Shown here: piece by piece, positions 12,304-24,030 of the stretch
Layout: each line of letters starts with the position of its first letter
How positions within the stretch are numbered: position 1 is the first letter of the stretch
NCBI GenBank assembly: GCA_025786725.1
Contig: JAHLTZ010000008.1
Span: forward strand, 62,001-126,000
From: Syncephalis fuscata S228
Taxonomy: Eukaryota > Fungi > Zoopagomycota
Reading direction: 5' to 3'
DNA length: 64,000 nucleotides
Translations under genes and position numbers: made by a program
Notes under the pieces: generated by a model
Seen by the model: only the letters and a program-made list of their open reading frames with translations
The model's database searches: none
What the model was told of the DNA's origin: nothing

Positions 12304-14502
12304 CTAAAAGTTGGGACAATCTCCTTCATTGCCCCACCATTCCAATTTAACTTCCTTGTACTGGAAGGCAAAGAAAATAATAACACCAGCAAGCGCAATA
12401 CCAGAATCCATACCAGCCGATAGAACATAGTTGAATCGGCTCCACCAGGCGTTACGGTAGCGATAGACGACAAACTGGAAGACGAAGGCTAAAAGGAACC
12501 AGCTGGTGTACATACCAGGTTGAGTAGGTGGCATGATGGCAGTACCACTGATGAACACCGGGATGTGAATGTATTTAAACCATGAGTTGGGATACCGACG
12601 GGACAGAAGCCAGAATGGCACTGGAAGCAAAAAGCCAATAAGGAAGCACCAGTTAAGAGCAGAGTAAAAGCCAGACGAACCAAACATACGGTCTGGACCA
12701 ATGACACCCCAAATGACCGAGGCAGAGTAGACGATACGGGCATTAGAACAGTTCCATACTGGCTCATCTGGCTGACAAATATTAGGAATTAGATTGAACA
12801 TGAGATAAGCAGTGCCAAGATTGACAAGACCGGCGATGATTGTGCCGACACTTTGGGCAATAAACATGTGGCGTGGCGGAATCTTCATGTAATGGCCGAG
12901 CTTCAAATCGCCAAGGAAGATAATACCTTGACACATGGAAATGTTGCCGTATGTCTTGAAAGTAACATTAGCAATGGCACGACCAGGTAGAATAAAACCG
13001 ATAATCAGCTCCGTAATAATGTTAAGACCAGGTGTTTGATTGGTAACGGCTGTAATGATACCAACAGGAATGATAAAAATGGCGGCGAGGGCAACGGCAA
13101 GAATGAGACCCCACCATGGCAGATCGATACCGAATACTTCGCACACGACAATGGCCACTGCAGTATTGGCAACAAACATAAGGCCATACCACCAGTCTGG
13201 CACTTCGTCGTAGCGGTCCATCAACTTGGCGTGAATATCGTCACTTTCGGAACGAGAGTCGCGGAAACGGGCCATGATTTCCTTGCCATGATACAGGATT
13301 GTGTGTGAAATAACGGCGGCTAGACTAGCAAAACTAACACCATATGTTACAGCAAACATAAAGGACATTTGTGGTGGGCCAACCTCGGCGTATTTTGCTT
13401 CATTAAGCTGCAATTTTTTGTCTAGAAGCGAGGTGGTTGGATAATCTTTGAATGTAGAAGTAAACAGAGCGGTACTAAAAATGGGCATGCTTTGAGCATT
13501 CCAAATATTATTGAAAAATCCATAGGAAATTAAAATCCAGGCGAATACAATGAAGCCAGCAAATATGTTGGCAGCAACCCAGAATGGTACAGCCAATGGA
13601 GACAAAAGGAAAGATGAAATGTAGTTCCAGTCAAATGATATCGCGAGTAGACCAAGACCACGAGTGCCCGAACCAAGCTGGTTGGCCAGTTTGTTATGTG
13701 GAGCAAAGTAGCACAAAAGGGAGATTGTGCCAAGGAAGGTAGCCAAGTAACCGGGAAGGAAATAGTATAGAAAACTGCCCAAAGCAGCAAACCCGAAGAA
13801 ACGAAGACGCGTCATTTGGCCAGGCGCAACGTCGTCAACATCGTGCAAAGTACGGAAAAGTGTGACGTTAACAAGCTGGGCAGGCCATATCATAGCACTT
13901 GGACGAATCAGGAAACGACGGGCCATACCAGCCAAACCGTAACCGAGACATTGTGTTGTGACGACAAGCAAGAACGATGGAAAGAAGCCAAGATCTTGTC
14001 CGTAGTAGATGCGCTTAATCGTGACGATATCAATGGCATAGGCAGTACCGGCAGCGGCATTGGCACATCCAGTAATCAATACGTGCTCCTTAACGTTGAA
14101 GGGGCCCGGATTAAGGTTGAATGAAAAGCGACCTGAGCCAACAATGCGATTAGGCAAAGTGCGAGCCATAAAGACACCGAGTGGATAAGAGAGCAGCTGA
14201 GCCACCAGGACTGACACCGTAAGTGGAGTTTCACGGAACAAGAAGAACTGGTTGATGAACGACAGTACAACGGTGAAAAAGGTACCTAGGACCCAAAAGC
14301 GGAATGTCATACTAGGCAAAGTCGGGTCATCTTTGTTACTGACAGTGGCCCGAACAATATCAAATGGTGAGTCTTCCTCCTCGAGGTCCTTTGATGGCAC
14401 GGCAAAATCTTTCTCCAAATCGTCCTGCTGAGACTTTTCCGCAGGATGCAACTCACGCATCGCCGGCGTGTGGCTATACTCGTTACTGTTGGGTGGGCTC
14501 AT
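12304..14502 (-). CDS. OPT-family oligopeptide transporter, copy A (intact, intronless, 732 aa)
   Basis: OPT motifs SPFDIVRATVSNKDDP, NPGPFNVKEH, DLKLGHYMKIPPR; many transmembrane segments. Confidence 0.95.
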   Translation of the reverse strand: MSPPNSNEYSHTPAMRELHPAEKSQQDDLEKDFAVPSKDLEEEDSPFDIVRATVSNKDDPTLPSMTFRFWVLGTFFTVVLSFINQFFLFRETPLTVSVLVAQLLSYPLGVFMARTLPNRIVGSGRFSFNLNPGPFNVKEHVLITGCANAAAGTAYAIDIVTIKRIYYGQDLGFFPSFLLVVTTQCLGYGLAGMARRFLIRPSAMIWPAQLVNVTLFRTLHDVDDVAPGQMTRLRFFGFAALGSFLYYFLPGYLATFLGTISLLCYFAPHNKLANQLGSGTRGLGLLAISFDWNYISSFLLSPLAVPFWVAANIFAGFIVFAWILISYGFFNNIWNAQSMPIFSTALFTSTFKDYPTTSLLDKKLQLNEAKYAEVGPPQMSFMFAVTYGVSFASLAAVISHTILYHGKEIMARFRDSRSESDDIHAKLMDRYDEVPDWWYGLMFVANTAVAIVVCEVFGIDLPWWGLILAVALAAIFIIPVGIITAVTNQTPGLNIITELIIGFILPGRAIANVTFKTYGNISMCQGIIFLGDLKLGHYMKIPPRHMFIAQSVGTIIAGLVNLGTAYLMFNLIPNICQPDEPVWNCSNARIVYSASVIWGVIGPDRMFGSSGFYSALNWCFLIGFLLPVPFWLLSRRYPNSWFKYIHIPVFISGTAIMPPTQPGMYTSWFLLAFVFQFVVYRYRNAWWSRFNYVLSAGMDSGIALAGVIIFFAFQYKEVKLEWWGNEGDCPNF

Positions 14503-16004
14503 GTTGTCATAAAATAATAGAGTAAAATGTTACTCAGCTAAAAAAAATTGAATTGAAAGGTTTTAAAATATGTTGTGACTGGTTAAAAAGCAGCTGCGGA
14601 TTGGCTCATAAATACCATAAATAAGGTAGCAGTCAATAGATTCAATTGTAACTAATTGTTTCAAGTGCAAGCTTTTTAATAAAAAGCAAAAATAACAAGC
14701 AAAAGCAATAATAGTCGTGTTGATAATTTATAAGCAAATTTGCTAAAATAAAACGTAAGTGCACAGCGTTGGAAACTGTGCGGCAGATAGATGTATAGAA
14801 GAAAGAAGGCAAATGAGACAGATGCTAGATTTGTGAATAGTTGCGACGAGACAAGCGGAAATAGCGGATTTTTATAGTGTTTTTGTAGTTGGCGTAAAGA
14901 TGAAACAGCTAGTTAACAGTTGCCAATACGCTGCTTCACAAAGTTACTCACCTGCCCATACTATAGACATAACATTACAGTCAGCCACAGTAAGCAAAAG
15001 GTGACGAGTGAAACGCTGATTAGACAACATGAGAACACTTGTGGATAGTGAAATGTTGACGAAAGTTGGAGCAATGCTTGTGTAGTGTATGTTGGTTTTA
15101 GCTAAATGCCTAACACCGCTAAACTGGTCGTTAGTGCAGCGTTCAATGGTGTGACCGCGGCGTTTTTTTCGCCATCAATAAATAATATTACATCAATCTA
15201 CTTTGCTGTATAACAAAAAATATGACGCAAATAGTCTTTAGAATCATACATTACGCGTGCTAATAATAAATTTTGAGTAACATGTAACTGTGTGTCGTGT
15301 AAGCAGAATATTTCATTAATTGCAACAACAAAGCTTATCCCTCATTCTGGGTAATATAAATGAATAAAACTATTTTGTGTCATTTGTTTGGCACAAACAG
15401 AGGCCATATCGCCCAATGAGCAACTTCGTTTTGCAAGAGATCATGTGAACAATATGTGGAGTCGCCCAATTGTGCACAGATGTACCTATCCTTATTCAGC
15501 TTTTAGCGCTATTTTGAGGCCTTGTAACCGCTAATGCTTACATTAGGCTGCTTTACCAATAGCTATTAATAATACACAAATAGAATTCATCAAATTATTG
15601 GCTATTGTTTTATTACCTAATATGCCATTACTCCTATAACCGTTTTCAGACATTACTTTTATCCCACGGCGTTTGATATTTACGCTAATAATAGTTATTT
15701 CTAGTCAAGGCCAAACTCGAAGTTTCACATCCACAAATAGCTGTATATGGCGGGTTTGCTAAACAGTAATACATATTTGGCCTAAATTAGTAGTAGCACT
15801 ATTTATTGATCAACAAACAAGGCATTTCTACGCGTCAGGTCTTTACACTCAAGGTGTGCAGGTTAAAAATACCTTTATGTTTAGTAAAAAATTATTGATT
15901 TGTCTATAGCTATTAGATGCTGCCAAGTTTTGATAAACGATCAGATAGAGCGCAAAATTATAAATAAAAATCAGCATGCTGCGTTTTAATTATGGTAGAT
16001 AGAG

Positions 16005-16090
16005 GAGGTGTTACTAGCCCAGTAGTTAAGGCAGCGTCTCCCAAGCTGAAGGCTTTGGGTTCTTTAGTTTGAATCAATCCTTAAGTGGAA
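16005..16090 (+). other. Degenerate tRNA-like sequence (possible tRNA pseudogene or SINE head)
   Basis: A-box-like TAGCCCAGTAGTTAAGGC; CAGC..CTCCCAA.GCTG anticodon-arm-like (CCC); B-box-like GGGTTC...TTTGAATC; no clean cloverleaf. Confidence 0.3.
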
Positions 16091-16389
16091 ATCCCCCAGT
16101 TTTTCTAGTTAAACAGGCTCAATTAAATTAAATAAGTGGGTCTAGAAACAAGACCTTGGCCAGAATAGCTGAAAAGAAACAATTGGAATTAACTTCAAGA
16201 GAATAGTGCTGTTTAGCACCATTTAAAAGAAGATGACCTCCGCGTAAAGTTTATATGGACCGGATTTTGTGCAAAAACGTGGCTGTCCACCCATTAGTTT
16301 AGAGAAGTCCAAAATAGTAGGAAGCAGCACAAATTCTTTAATTATGCACAGCAGGACTCATAAGTTTTCTAAAATAAAATAAAAATAAA

Positions 16390-17864
16390 GAGAAATTAAA
16401 AAATACGCCGCTATTAAATTTTAGGGGAATTTTGAAAATACATTGTTTTAAAATTTCATTATAATAAGGTCCTCTTTTCAAATTTTATTTATTGAAATAT
16501 ATTGTTTTAAAAAATCTACCAAATGTCTACCAAGCTATTTTAAAATGCCATATTTAACAATATTGAAATACTGAAGGCCTCTGTTGACAAGTTTAATCTT
16601 GTTAGCAATTGAAATTTTAAGAGGAAAAACAGTGATTCAACAAGATTACAGCTCATTTGTCTTCATGAAGACCGTTCCAGCAACAAATATTGGTTTATTT
16701 CGGCTGCTAGAAAGCAGAAAACCAGCCTATTAAAGACTGCTCAATGCAATCTTGAACGTTTTGACGACTATCCATACAATTCTGGTAATAATAATATTAT
16801 ATTTATTACTAAATATACTGCAAATAATGTTGCTACACTTTCAAATGTAAAATCAACATATATACAAGTAAAAACATCAAGATAAGCGCATGTGTAATTA
16901 GTTAATATACACTAACAATTGCAATGATCAACAGATGCTATTGTTTGTTATTAGTATTAAATGACTTTGACTTATAGCAGTAGTTTAAATAAACAGATTT
17001 ATAACAAAAGTTGTAATTGTATTGTTACGCTTCTTGTTTTAAAAATCGCAACTTGGATGACCAAGCAACACATTATCCTGTCGCTATCCTATAACGTTAA
17101 TTTCTGATGCTTATTAACGCTTACCTTAACGCTCAGAATACAATGTGTTGTTTGGTTGTATTGCTTTTATAATAAGATTATTCCTTATTGGTCGTTAATT
17201 ACCACAGTTTAACTATAATAAACTGAATAACTTGTATGACACTAAGTAGAAATAATATTGGACTAGAAACTTGATTATTCCTTTATTGATATTGAACAAA
17301 GCTATCATTATATAGTAAACACAACTAATAATAGAACCTGAATGCCTTGTGGTATTTCATCATTAGCGCAGCATATTAGTTCAGGTGGCTGCTCATATGC
17401 TCACAACTAACAAGTAGCTACTCGTCATATTGTTGTAATAGGCATTTGTTACTAGTAATCAGTACTAATATTTGATAGTTATATTATTTTTGTGATCAAT
17501 CACACGATATATCACTTAGTCACACTTTTACAAGACCCTGTCCGGAATATCAGAACAGTAATAATATATATTTTGATAATAAGCTAAAATGAATTGAATT
17601 ATAAAATCAATCTTTATTGAAAAACAAATACAAACTACTAATGGAACGGCTATCAAGAAAAGAAAACGTGTTATTAAAGAATGGTTAATTTGTAGTAAAC
17701 GCCATTACAAGAAAACGAAGTGTGGGGTAAATAAAAAACAATATATTTAATAAATAAAATTTGAAAAGAAGGACTTAGTATAATGAAATTTAAAAACGGT
17801 GTATTTATTTTATAAAAAACAGGAAAATAAATAAATTTAAAAAGTGTATTTTCCAAATTTTTCC
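16390..17864 (+). mobile_element. Decayed Mutator-like element (MULE) with long imperfect TIRs and a MuDR N-terminal domain remnant
   Basis: About 16390/16424-16508 is an imperfect inverted repeat of about 17733-17864 (aaatacattgttttaaaatttcattataataaggtcctcttttcaaattttatttatt versus reverse complement aaatacaccgtttttaaatttcattatactaagtccttcttttcaaattttatttatt), with G...C termini. 16544-16790 translates NAIFNNIEILKASVDKFNLVSN*NFKRKNSDSTRLQLICLHE...WFISAARKQKTSLLK, resembling the MuDR DBD_Tnp_Mut domain. Confidence 0.7.
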
Positions 17865-18121
17865 TATAATAAAGCCATTTCGGTCACAAACTGCCTTAAT
17901 AAGTGCTAATTTAGCAGGCAAATGATAATCACATCTCTTTAGCCATTAATCACCTATCAATCTGCATTTAATAACCAAGTGCTTACGCCAGTATTTAAGT
18001 CGCGCTTTTCGCTAGCTGTTTGCCAATATTCAGTGGCTTTTTTCTTGTTATTTTGTTTTAGTTTAACGCTCACACTTTTAACGTCCATACCTCCAACATC
18101 CATTCTAACCTTAAGCTTATT

Positions 18122-18705
18122 ATGCATTTCAGTCTATTACCCACAATCATTATTCTCGGTTGTCTATTTGCAACAATTATTATTAATGTTAACTCAGTAG
18201 CTTCGTTGCCGACACAGAGCGGTCGAAGGGAACGTTCCGACGAGTTGCGAAAGGCTGCCATCATAAATGGCTCATCCCCCTCGACATCAAACCCAGCAAT
18301 TGATGATCTAAAGCGTATCATGCCATCCGACAAATATTTCAAAAAAGACGGATTTTACGTATATCCTGAAGAGTGGTTTGGCTACAGTAATAAATGGGCT
18401 ATTGCCCATGGATACTACGCTGCTTCGGCTAGTGTTTATGGCCAACCTGGCTATGCCGAAGAAGTTGCTGTCTATATTACCTGTACGAATAGTCTAAAAC
18501 TATACAATCTACTGGCGACAGGTCGTAAGGTGTGCAAAATTACTGCTTTGTTTGTATTGTTTACTAACTGTTGACATTTTAGCTTATGCAGATGCACTGG
18601 CAAAAATACCCCATTGAGATACCAGGCACTGGTAGACGTGGAATTGCAACACTTCAATCGTTTCAGCCTGATCCTCAATACGCGTGTAATGTTTTTCTAT
18701 ATTAA
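18122..18705 (+). CDS. Small secreted protein family member 1, copy B (intact, ~173 aa, intron 18530-18591)
   Basis: Signal peptide; exon 2 MHWQKYPIEIPGTGRRGIATLQSFQPDPQYACNVFLY*. Confidence 0.75.
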
Positions 18706-19934
18706 AACATGATAATGAGTAATATTAATAAAAGTTTTATGATAATAACACTTTAAGCTTATCTGTATTTATGGTTTATCAGCCATAACCTGTGACAAAC
18801 ACTAAACCAGCAATGATTCAATATCCATCACAGACTAATATGGCAAATTGAAATCTAGCATTAATACCAAATATTAATTTTATGGTTTGCTCTGCGGTAG
18901 CTTGCATTACATCTTCAACAATCTTTGGTGTGTGCATCTGCAATAAATAGCAAGTTAAATTGAGTTAAAATGTGTTATATTCAAATTAAATACTGCAAGA
19001 TTTCTATGGCATTTAACAACTAAATGTTCCATGGCATTGATAGTGGCAAAGATTGGCAAGTTGTTACACCATATGTTGGTTTATGATCGATATAATGTAA
19101 AATATAGACACTACACTGCTCATGAAAACCACAACATATGGCGAAAGTATTTCATTTTATGATAACAAAAACAGCGAGCACAGTGTAAGAAGAAAAGTAC
19201 TTGTTGTGTTCTAACCTACAGTCAAGTATTCAATACATGTAGAAAAATACAACATATCTAAGAAATGAAAATGTAAATAAATTCAGTGGCAAAATAATGT
19301 ATTGCAATGATAATTAAATTTAAAACTACTAACTTAATTGGCAGCAAATGTAATGCATCATTTATGAAGCTGTACTGTTTTATAAATACTGGTAATCACC
19401 ATGATTGATACATTGTAACAAGGGGGTGTAACTACTCGCTTGTTACATATTGCAATATGAGCTATTCAGTTCATTATAGTTGAATCATGATAATTAATGG
19501 CCAATAGGAAACAAAATTAGTATCAAAGCATTGTCAACCAACATATTGTGTTTTAACCGCTAGATAAGTACAAGTAAATATCAGAAATTAGCATTATAAG
19601 ATAACGCTAAGATAAGGTGCTGCTTGGCTAGCTGAGTTACAATTTGTTAAATAAGCTGTAAAAATATAAATATTAGTGATTGCTTTTATAAAACATTATG
19701 CCAATCGGCATTATTGTAAACAATATGTAATTGAATTTCCTTGTTGCCATAAAAAGTAATTGATACACGTGAAACAGCTAAAGAAAAATTATATCGTTTT
19801 GCTTATGGTATCGGAGTTTTATAATCTTGATGCCTTTGAATTGCTTTTTAAAATAAATAGATAGATTTTTCGGACTATTTTAGTTTTCAATATTAACCAT
19901 CCATTACACTAGTAGATTTTACAAACAAACAGAC

Positions 19935-20558
19935 ATGCATTTACTAGAACAGCTTTTGTATCAGCTTGCTATGGACTGGCGATCTACGCCAGCCTTATAG
20001 CTACTAGTTCGGCTTCTCCAGCTTCTCCACTTGAGAAATATATAATGAAAAAACAATTAGCCGAAAAACAATTAGCCGAAACACAATTCGCACCAATAGA
20101 CAGCCCAGAATCATCGACAATCAAAGTATCACTTTTCGATGCCATCAGTGCAGCTTTACCACTTGGATTTAAGTTCTATTGGGACAAGTACAAACTGAGC
20201 TTCCCAAAAGAATGGAAAAAAGACGCTAGTGGTGGCTGGGCATACACCTATGCAGTACTATCCTCCAAAGGTTCAAGGTTATATTACACCGGACAGAAAA
20301 GCGCCTATGTGATTTGCACCGATAACACTGAGCTATTTTCAGACTTTAGCAAACAGCTCAATGTAAGTAAGCGCTGTGTAAATAGTATTATGTGCTGACT
20401 TTTACTAGGATGCATCAGAAAAGAAAGCATTGCGGACGTTGACTATTCCAGGATTAGCCGGTTTCATAACAGAGCAGCAGCCTTCCTTTAAGCCGACTAA
20501 ACAAATCAGCTGTTTGCCGGTGTATTATCAACATGCTTTGTCTAAGAATAAGCTGTAA
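19935..20558 (+). CDS. Small secreted protein family member 2, copy B (1-nt deletion in the T run just after ATG)
   Basis: atgcatttact in B versus atgcattttact in A; otherwise apparently identical. Confidence 0.65.
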
Positions 20559-20806
20559 CGCCGACAGGTTAATGGCAGCATACACATGCTTTGTTTCACT
20601 ATTACCTTTGCCATAATAGTGTGTCGCTTGAAATAGAAATATACATGCAAAGCTGTAACTCTGATTCATGTACATTTTTGGCTACTCCAAAAGAGATACT
20701 TTGAAGCAACGTTACACGATCACAATAAATTTCTTATTTAAATCAAGCCAAATTTGCATTAGATACCAATAAAAAACTCAGTAGACGATTCCTATCCACA
20801 ACTGAA

Positions 20807-21540
20807 ATGCGCTATACATTTACGATTCTTGCTATTGTCAGTTGCCTCGTTGCTTTTTCTAACGACGGATTATTGTCACCTGTCAGTGCTGAGCCAATTC
20901 CCGAAAGCAGAAGAAACCAACTAACTACGGCACAAGTACATGCTAATACTTTAAAATTCCTACAATCTAAAAATGAGCATCCTATTGAGCCGGAAAAGTT
21001 TTTGAGCGCAATAGAAAGTGCTATACCATATAAGTTGCTTTATGAAGGCCAAGGATTTAAGTTGAAATTCACCACGCCTTGGACAATTAATCAATCAAAA
21101 AACTTTGTGCGAGAATCTGCTTATTACAAAAACGCAAGTCCATCGCTGTTTCGTGTAGAAAAGAAAATAGAAATTTATGTTTAATGTCCTAGGCTTTTCC
21201 AGGATTATCAGGTAATAGTAAATAAACTAAAGGTAAGACGGTAGTTTTGATCGTTATGGACTGATTAAACTGACTGTATTTTTTGCAGAAACTAAAGGAA
21301 CCAGAAGATCCAAAGAAATTGAAAAATCCAAGGCAAAAAATAGCTCCACTAAAAATCCCAGGTACAGATGAAATTATGGTAGATAAATTGGCAACTTTTA
21401 TGCCTATTAAGCAAGCTACTTGTATGGTGTTCACATTTAAAAAACCAAATTCTCCAGAAAGCAATTTGCCATCAAACACTGATCCATCCTCAAGCGATAA
21501 GAGTAAAAGCAAAAAACTCTGGCCATTGAAAAGACTATAG
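20807..21540 (+). pseudogene. Small secreted protein family member 3, copy B, with the same in-frame TAA (21182-21184)
   Basis: Apparently identical to 11277-12010. Confidence 0.65.
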
Positions 21541-21833
21541 TCCTCTTAAAACTAACAATCTTTTAGAAATAAACAAATATATTTAAATGCATCATACAGT
21601 TGCTTTAATTATCATTACCATATTCGGTAATTATAATTTATTTATATTAACATTATAATTCATCGTGCTTAAAGTCATTTGTATTACCATTTACTAAACA
21701 ATTATAACCACAACATATATATTAATTAATTTATTAATTTTGTATTAGTCCTTACAAGAAAGCCAGCAACTTATTGCAATAACAATTCGATTAAAGCATA
21801 ACTGTTTTTTGCTAGAAAAGTGTTTATAACACA

Positions 21834-24030
21834 CTAAAAGTTGGGACAATCTCCTTCATTGCCCCACCATTCCAATTTAACTTCCTTGTACTGGAAGGCA
21901 AAGAAGATAATAACACCAGCAAGCGCAATACCAGAATCCATACCAGCCGATAGAACATAGTTGAATCGGCTCCACCAGGCGTTACGGTAGCGATAGACGA
22001 CAAACTGAAAACGAAGGCTAAAAGGAACCAGCTGGTGTACATACCAGGTTGAGCAGGTGGCATGATGGCAGTACCGCCTATGAACACCGGGATGTGAATG
22101 TACTTGAACCATGAGTTGGGATACCGACGGGACAGAAGCCAGAATGGCACTGGAAGCAAAAAGCCAATAAGGAAGCACCAGTTAAGAGCAGAGTAAAAGC
22201 CAGACGAACCAAACATACGGTCTGGACCAATGACACCCCAAATGACCGAGGCAGAGTAGAAGACACGGGCATTAGAACAGTTCCATACTGGCTCATCTGG
22301 CTGACAAATATTAGGAATTAGATTGAACATGAGATAAGCAGTGCCAAGATTGACAAGACCGGCGATGATTGTGCCGACACTTTGGGCAATAAACATGTGG
22401 CGTGGCGGAATCTTCATGTAATGGCCGAGCTTCAAATCGCCAAGGAATACAATACCTTGGTACATAGAAATGTAACCGTATGTCTTGAAAGTAACATTAG
22501 CAATGGCACGACCAGGTAGAATAAAACCGATAATCAGCTCCGTAATAATGTTAAGACCAGGTGTTTGATTGGTAACGGCTGTAATGATACCAACAGGAAT
22601 GATAAAAATGGCGGCGAGGGCAACGGCAAGAATGAGACCCCACCATGGCAGATCGATACCGAATACTTCGCACACGACAATGGCCACTGCAGTATTGGCA
22701 ACAAACATAAGGCCATACCACCAGTCTGGCACTTCGTCGTAGCGGTCCATCAACTTGGCGTGAATATCGTCACTTTCGGAACGAGAGTCGCGGAAACGGG
22801 CCATGATTTCCTTGCCATGATACAGGATTGTGTGTGAAATAACGGCGGCTAGACTGGCAAAACCAATACCATACGTTACAGCAAACAAAAAGGACATTTG
22901 TGGTGGACCGACCTCGGCATATTTTGCTTCGTCAAGCTGCAAGTTCTTGTCCACAAGCGAGGTGATTGGATACTTTTCAAATTTAGAAGTAAACAGAGCG
23001 GGACTGAAAACGGGCATGCTTTGAGCATTCCAAATATTATTGAAAAATCCATAGGGAATGAGACCCCAGGCGACTATAATGAAGCCAACAAATATGTTGG
23101 CAGCAGCCCAGAATGGTACAGCCAATGGAGACAAAAGGAAAGATGAAATGTAGTTCCAGTCAAATGATATCGCGAGTAGACCAAGACCACGAGTGCCCGA
23201 ACCAAGCTGGTTGGCCAGTTTGTTATGTGGAGCAAAGTAGCACAAAAGGGAGATTGTGCCAAGGAAGGTAGCCAAGTAACCGGGAAGGAAATAGTATAGA
23301 AAACTGCCCAAAGCAGCAAACCCGAAGAAACGAAGACGCGTCATTTGGCCAGGCGCAACGTCGTCAACATCGTGCAAAGTACGGAAAAGTGTGACGTTAA
23401 CAAGCTGGGCAGGCCATATCATAGCACTTGGACGAATCAGGAAACGACGGGCCATACCAGCCAAACCGTAACCGAGACATTGTGTTGTGACGACAAGCAA
23501 GAACGATGGAAAGAAGCCAAGATCTTGTCCGTAGTAGATGCGCTTAATCGTGACGATATCAATGGCATAGGCAGTACCGGCAGCGGCATTGGCACATCCA
23601 GTAATCAATACGTGCTCCTTAACGTTGAAGGGGCCCGGATTAAGGTTGAATGAAAAGCGACCTGAGCCAACAATGCGATTAGGCAAAGTGCGAGCCATAA
23701 AGACACCGAGTGGATAAGAGAGCAGCTGAGCCACCAGGACCGACACCGTAAGTGGAGTTTCACGGAACCAGAAGAACTGGTTGATGAACGACAGTACAAC
23801 GGTGAAAAAGGTACCTAGGACCCAAAAGCGGAATGTCATACTAGGCAAAGTCGGGTCATCTTTGTTACTGACAGTGGCCCGAACAATATCAAATGGTGAG
23901 TCTTCCTCCTCGAGGTCCTTTGATGGCACGGCAAATCTTTCTCCAAATCGTCCTGCTGAGACTTTTCCGCAGGATGCAACTCACGCATCGCCGGCGTGTG
24001 GCTATACTCGTTACTGTTGGGTGGGCTCAT
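21834..24030 (-). CDS. OPT-family oligopeptide transporter, copy B (1-nt frameshifts near 23935 and 22007)
   Basis: Three ORF pieces (23836-24030, 21824-23929, 21834-22178) reconstruct a full paralog of copy A. Confidence 0.9.

Larger units (their letters stand above)
8328..16003 (+). repeat. Segmental duplication, copy A (~7.7 kb direct repeat of 17865-25546)
   Basis: Direct comparison: starts tataataaaaccatttcggtcacaaactgcc, ends ...aattatggtagataga. The same ORFs appear twice in the ORF track. Confidence 0.95.

Noticed and set aside
13005-14270. Short overlapping ORFs within the OPT genes and other long CDSs
   Set aside because: Alternative-frame or antisense shadows of real coding regions.
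8770-23940. Apparent reciprocal pseudogenisation of the duplicates (gene 1 broken in A; gene 2 and OPT broken in B)
   Set aside because: All are single-base deletions, mostly in or next to homopolymers. The same kind of lesion occurs in MCM7, RasGEF, annexin and the Myb gene, so sequencing or assembly error is more likely.
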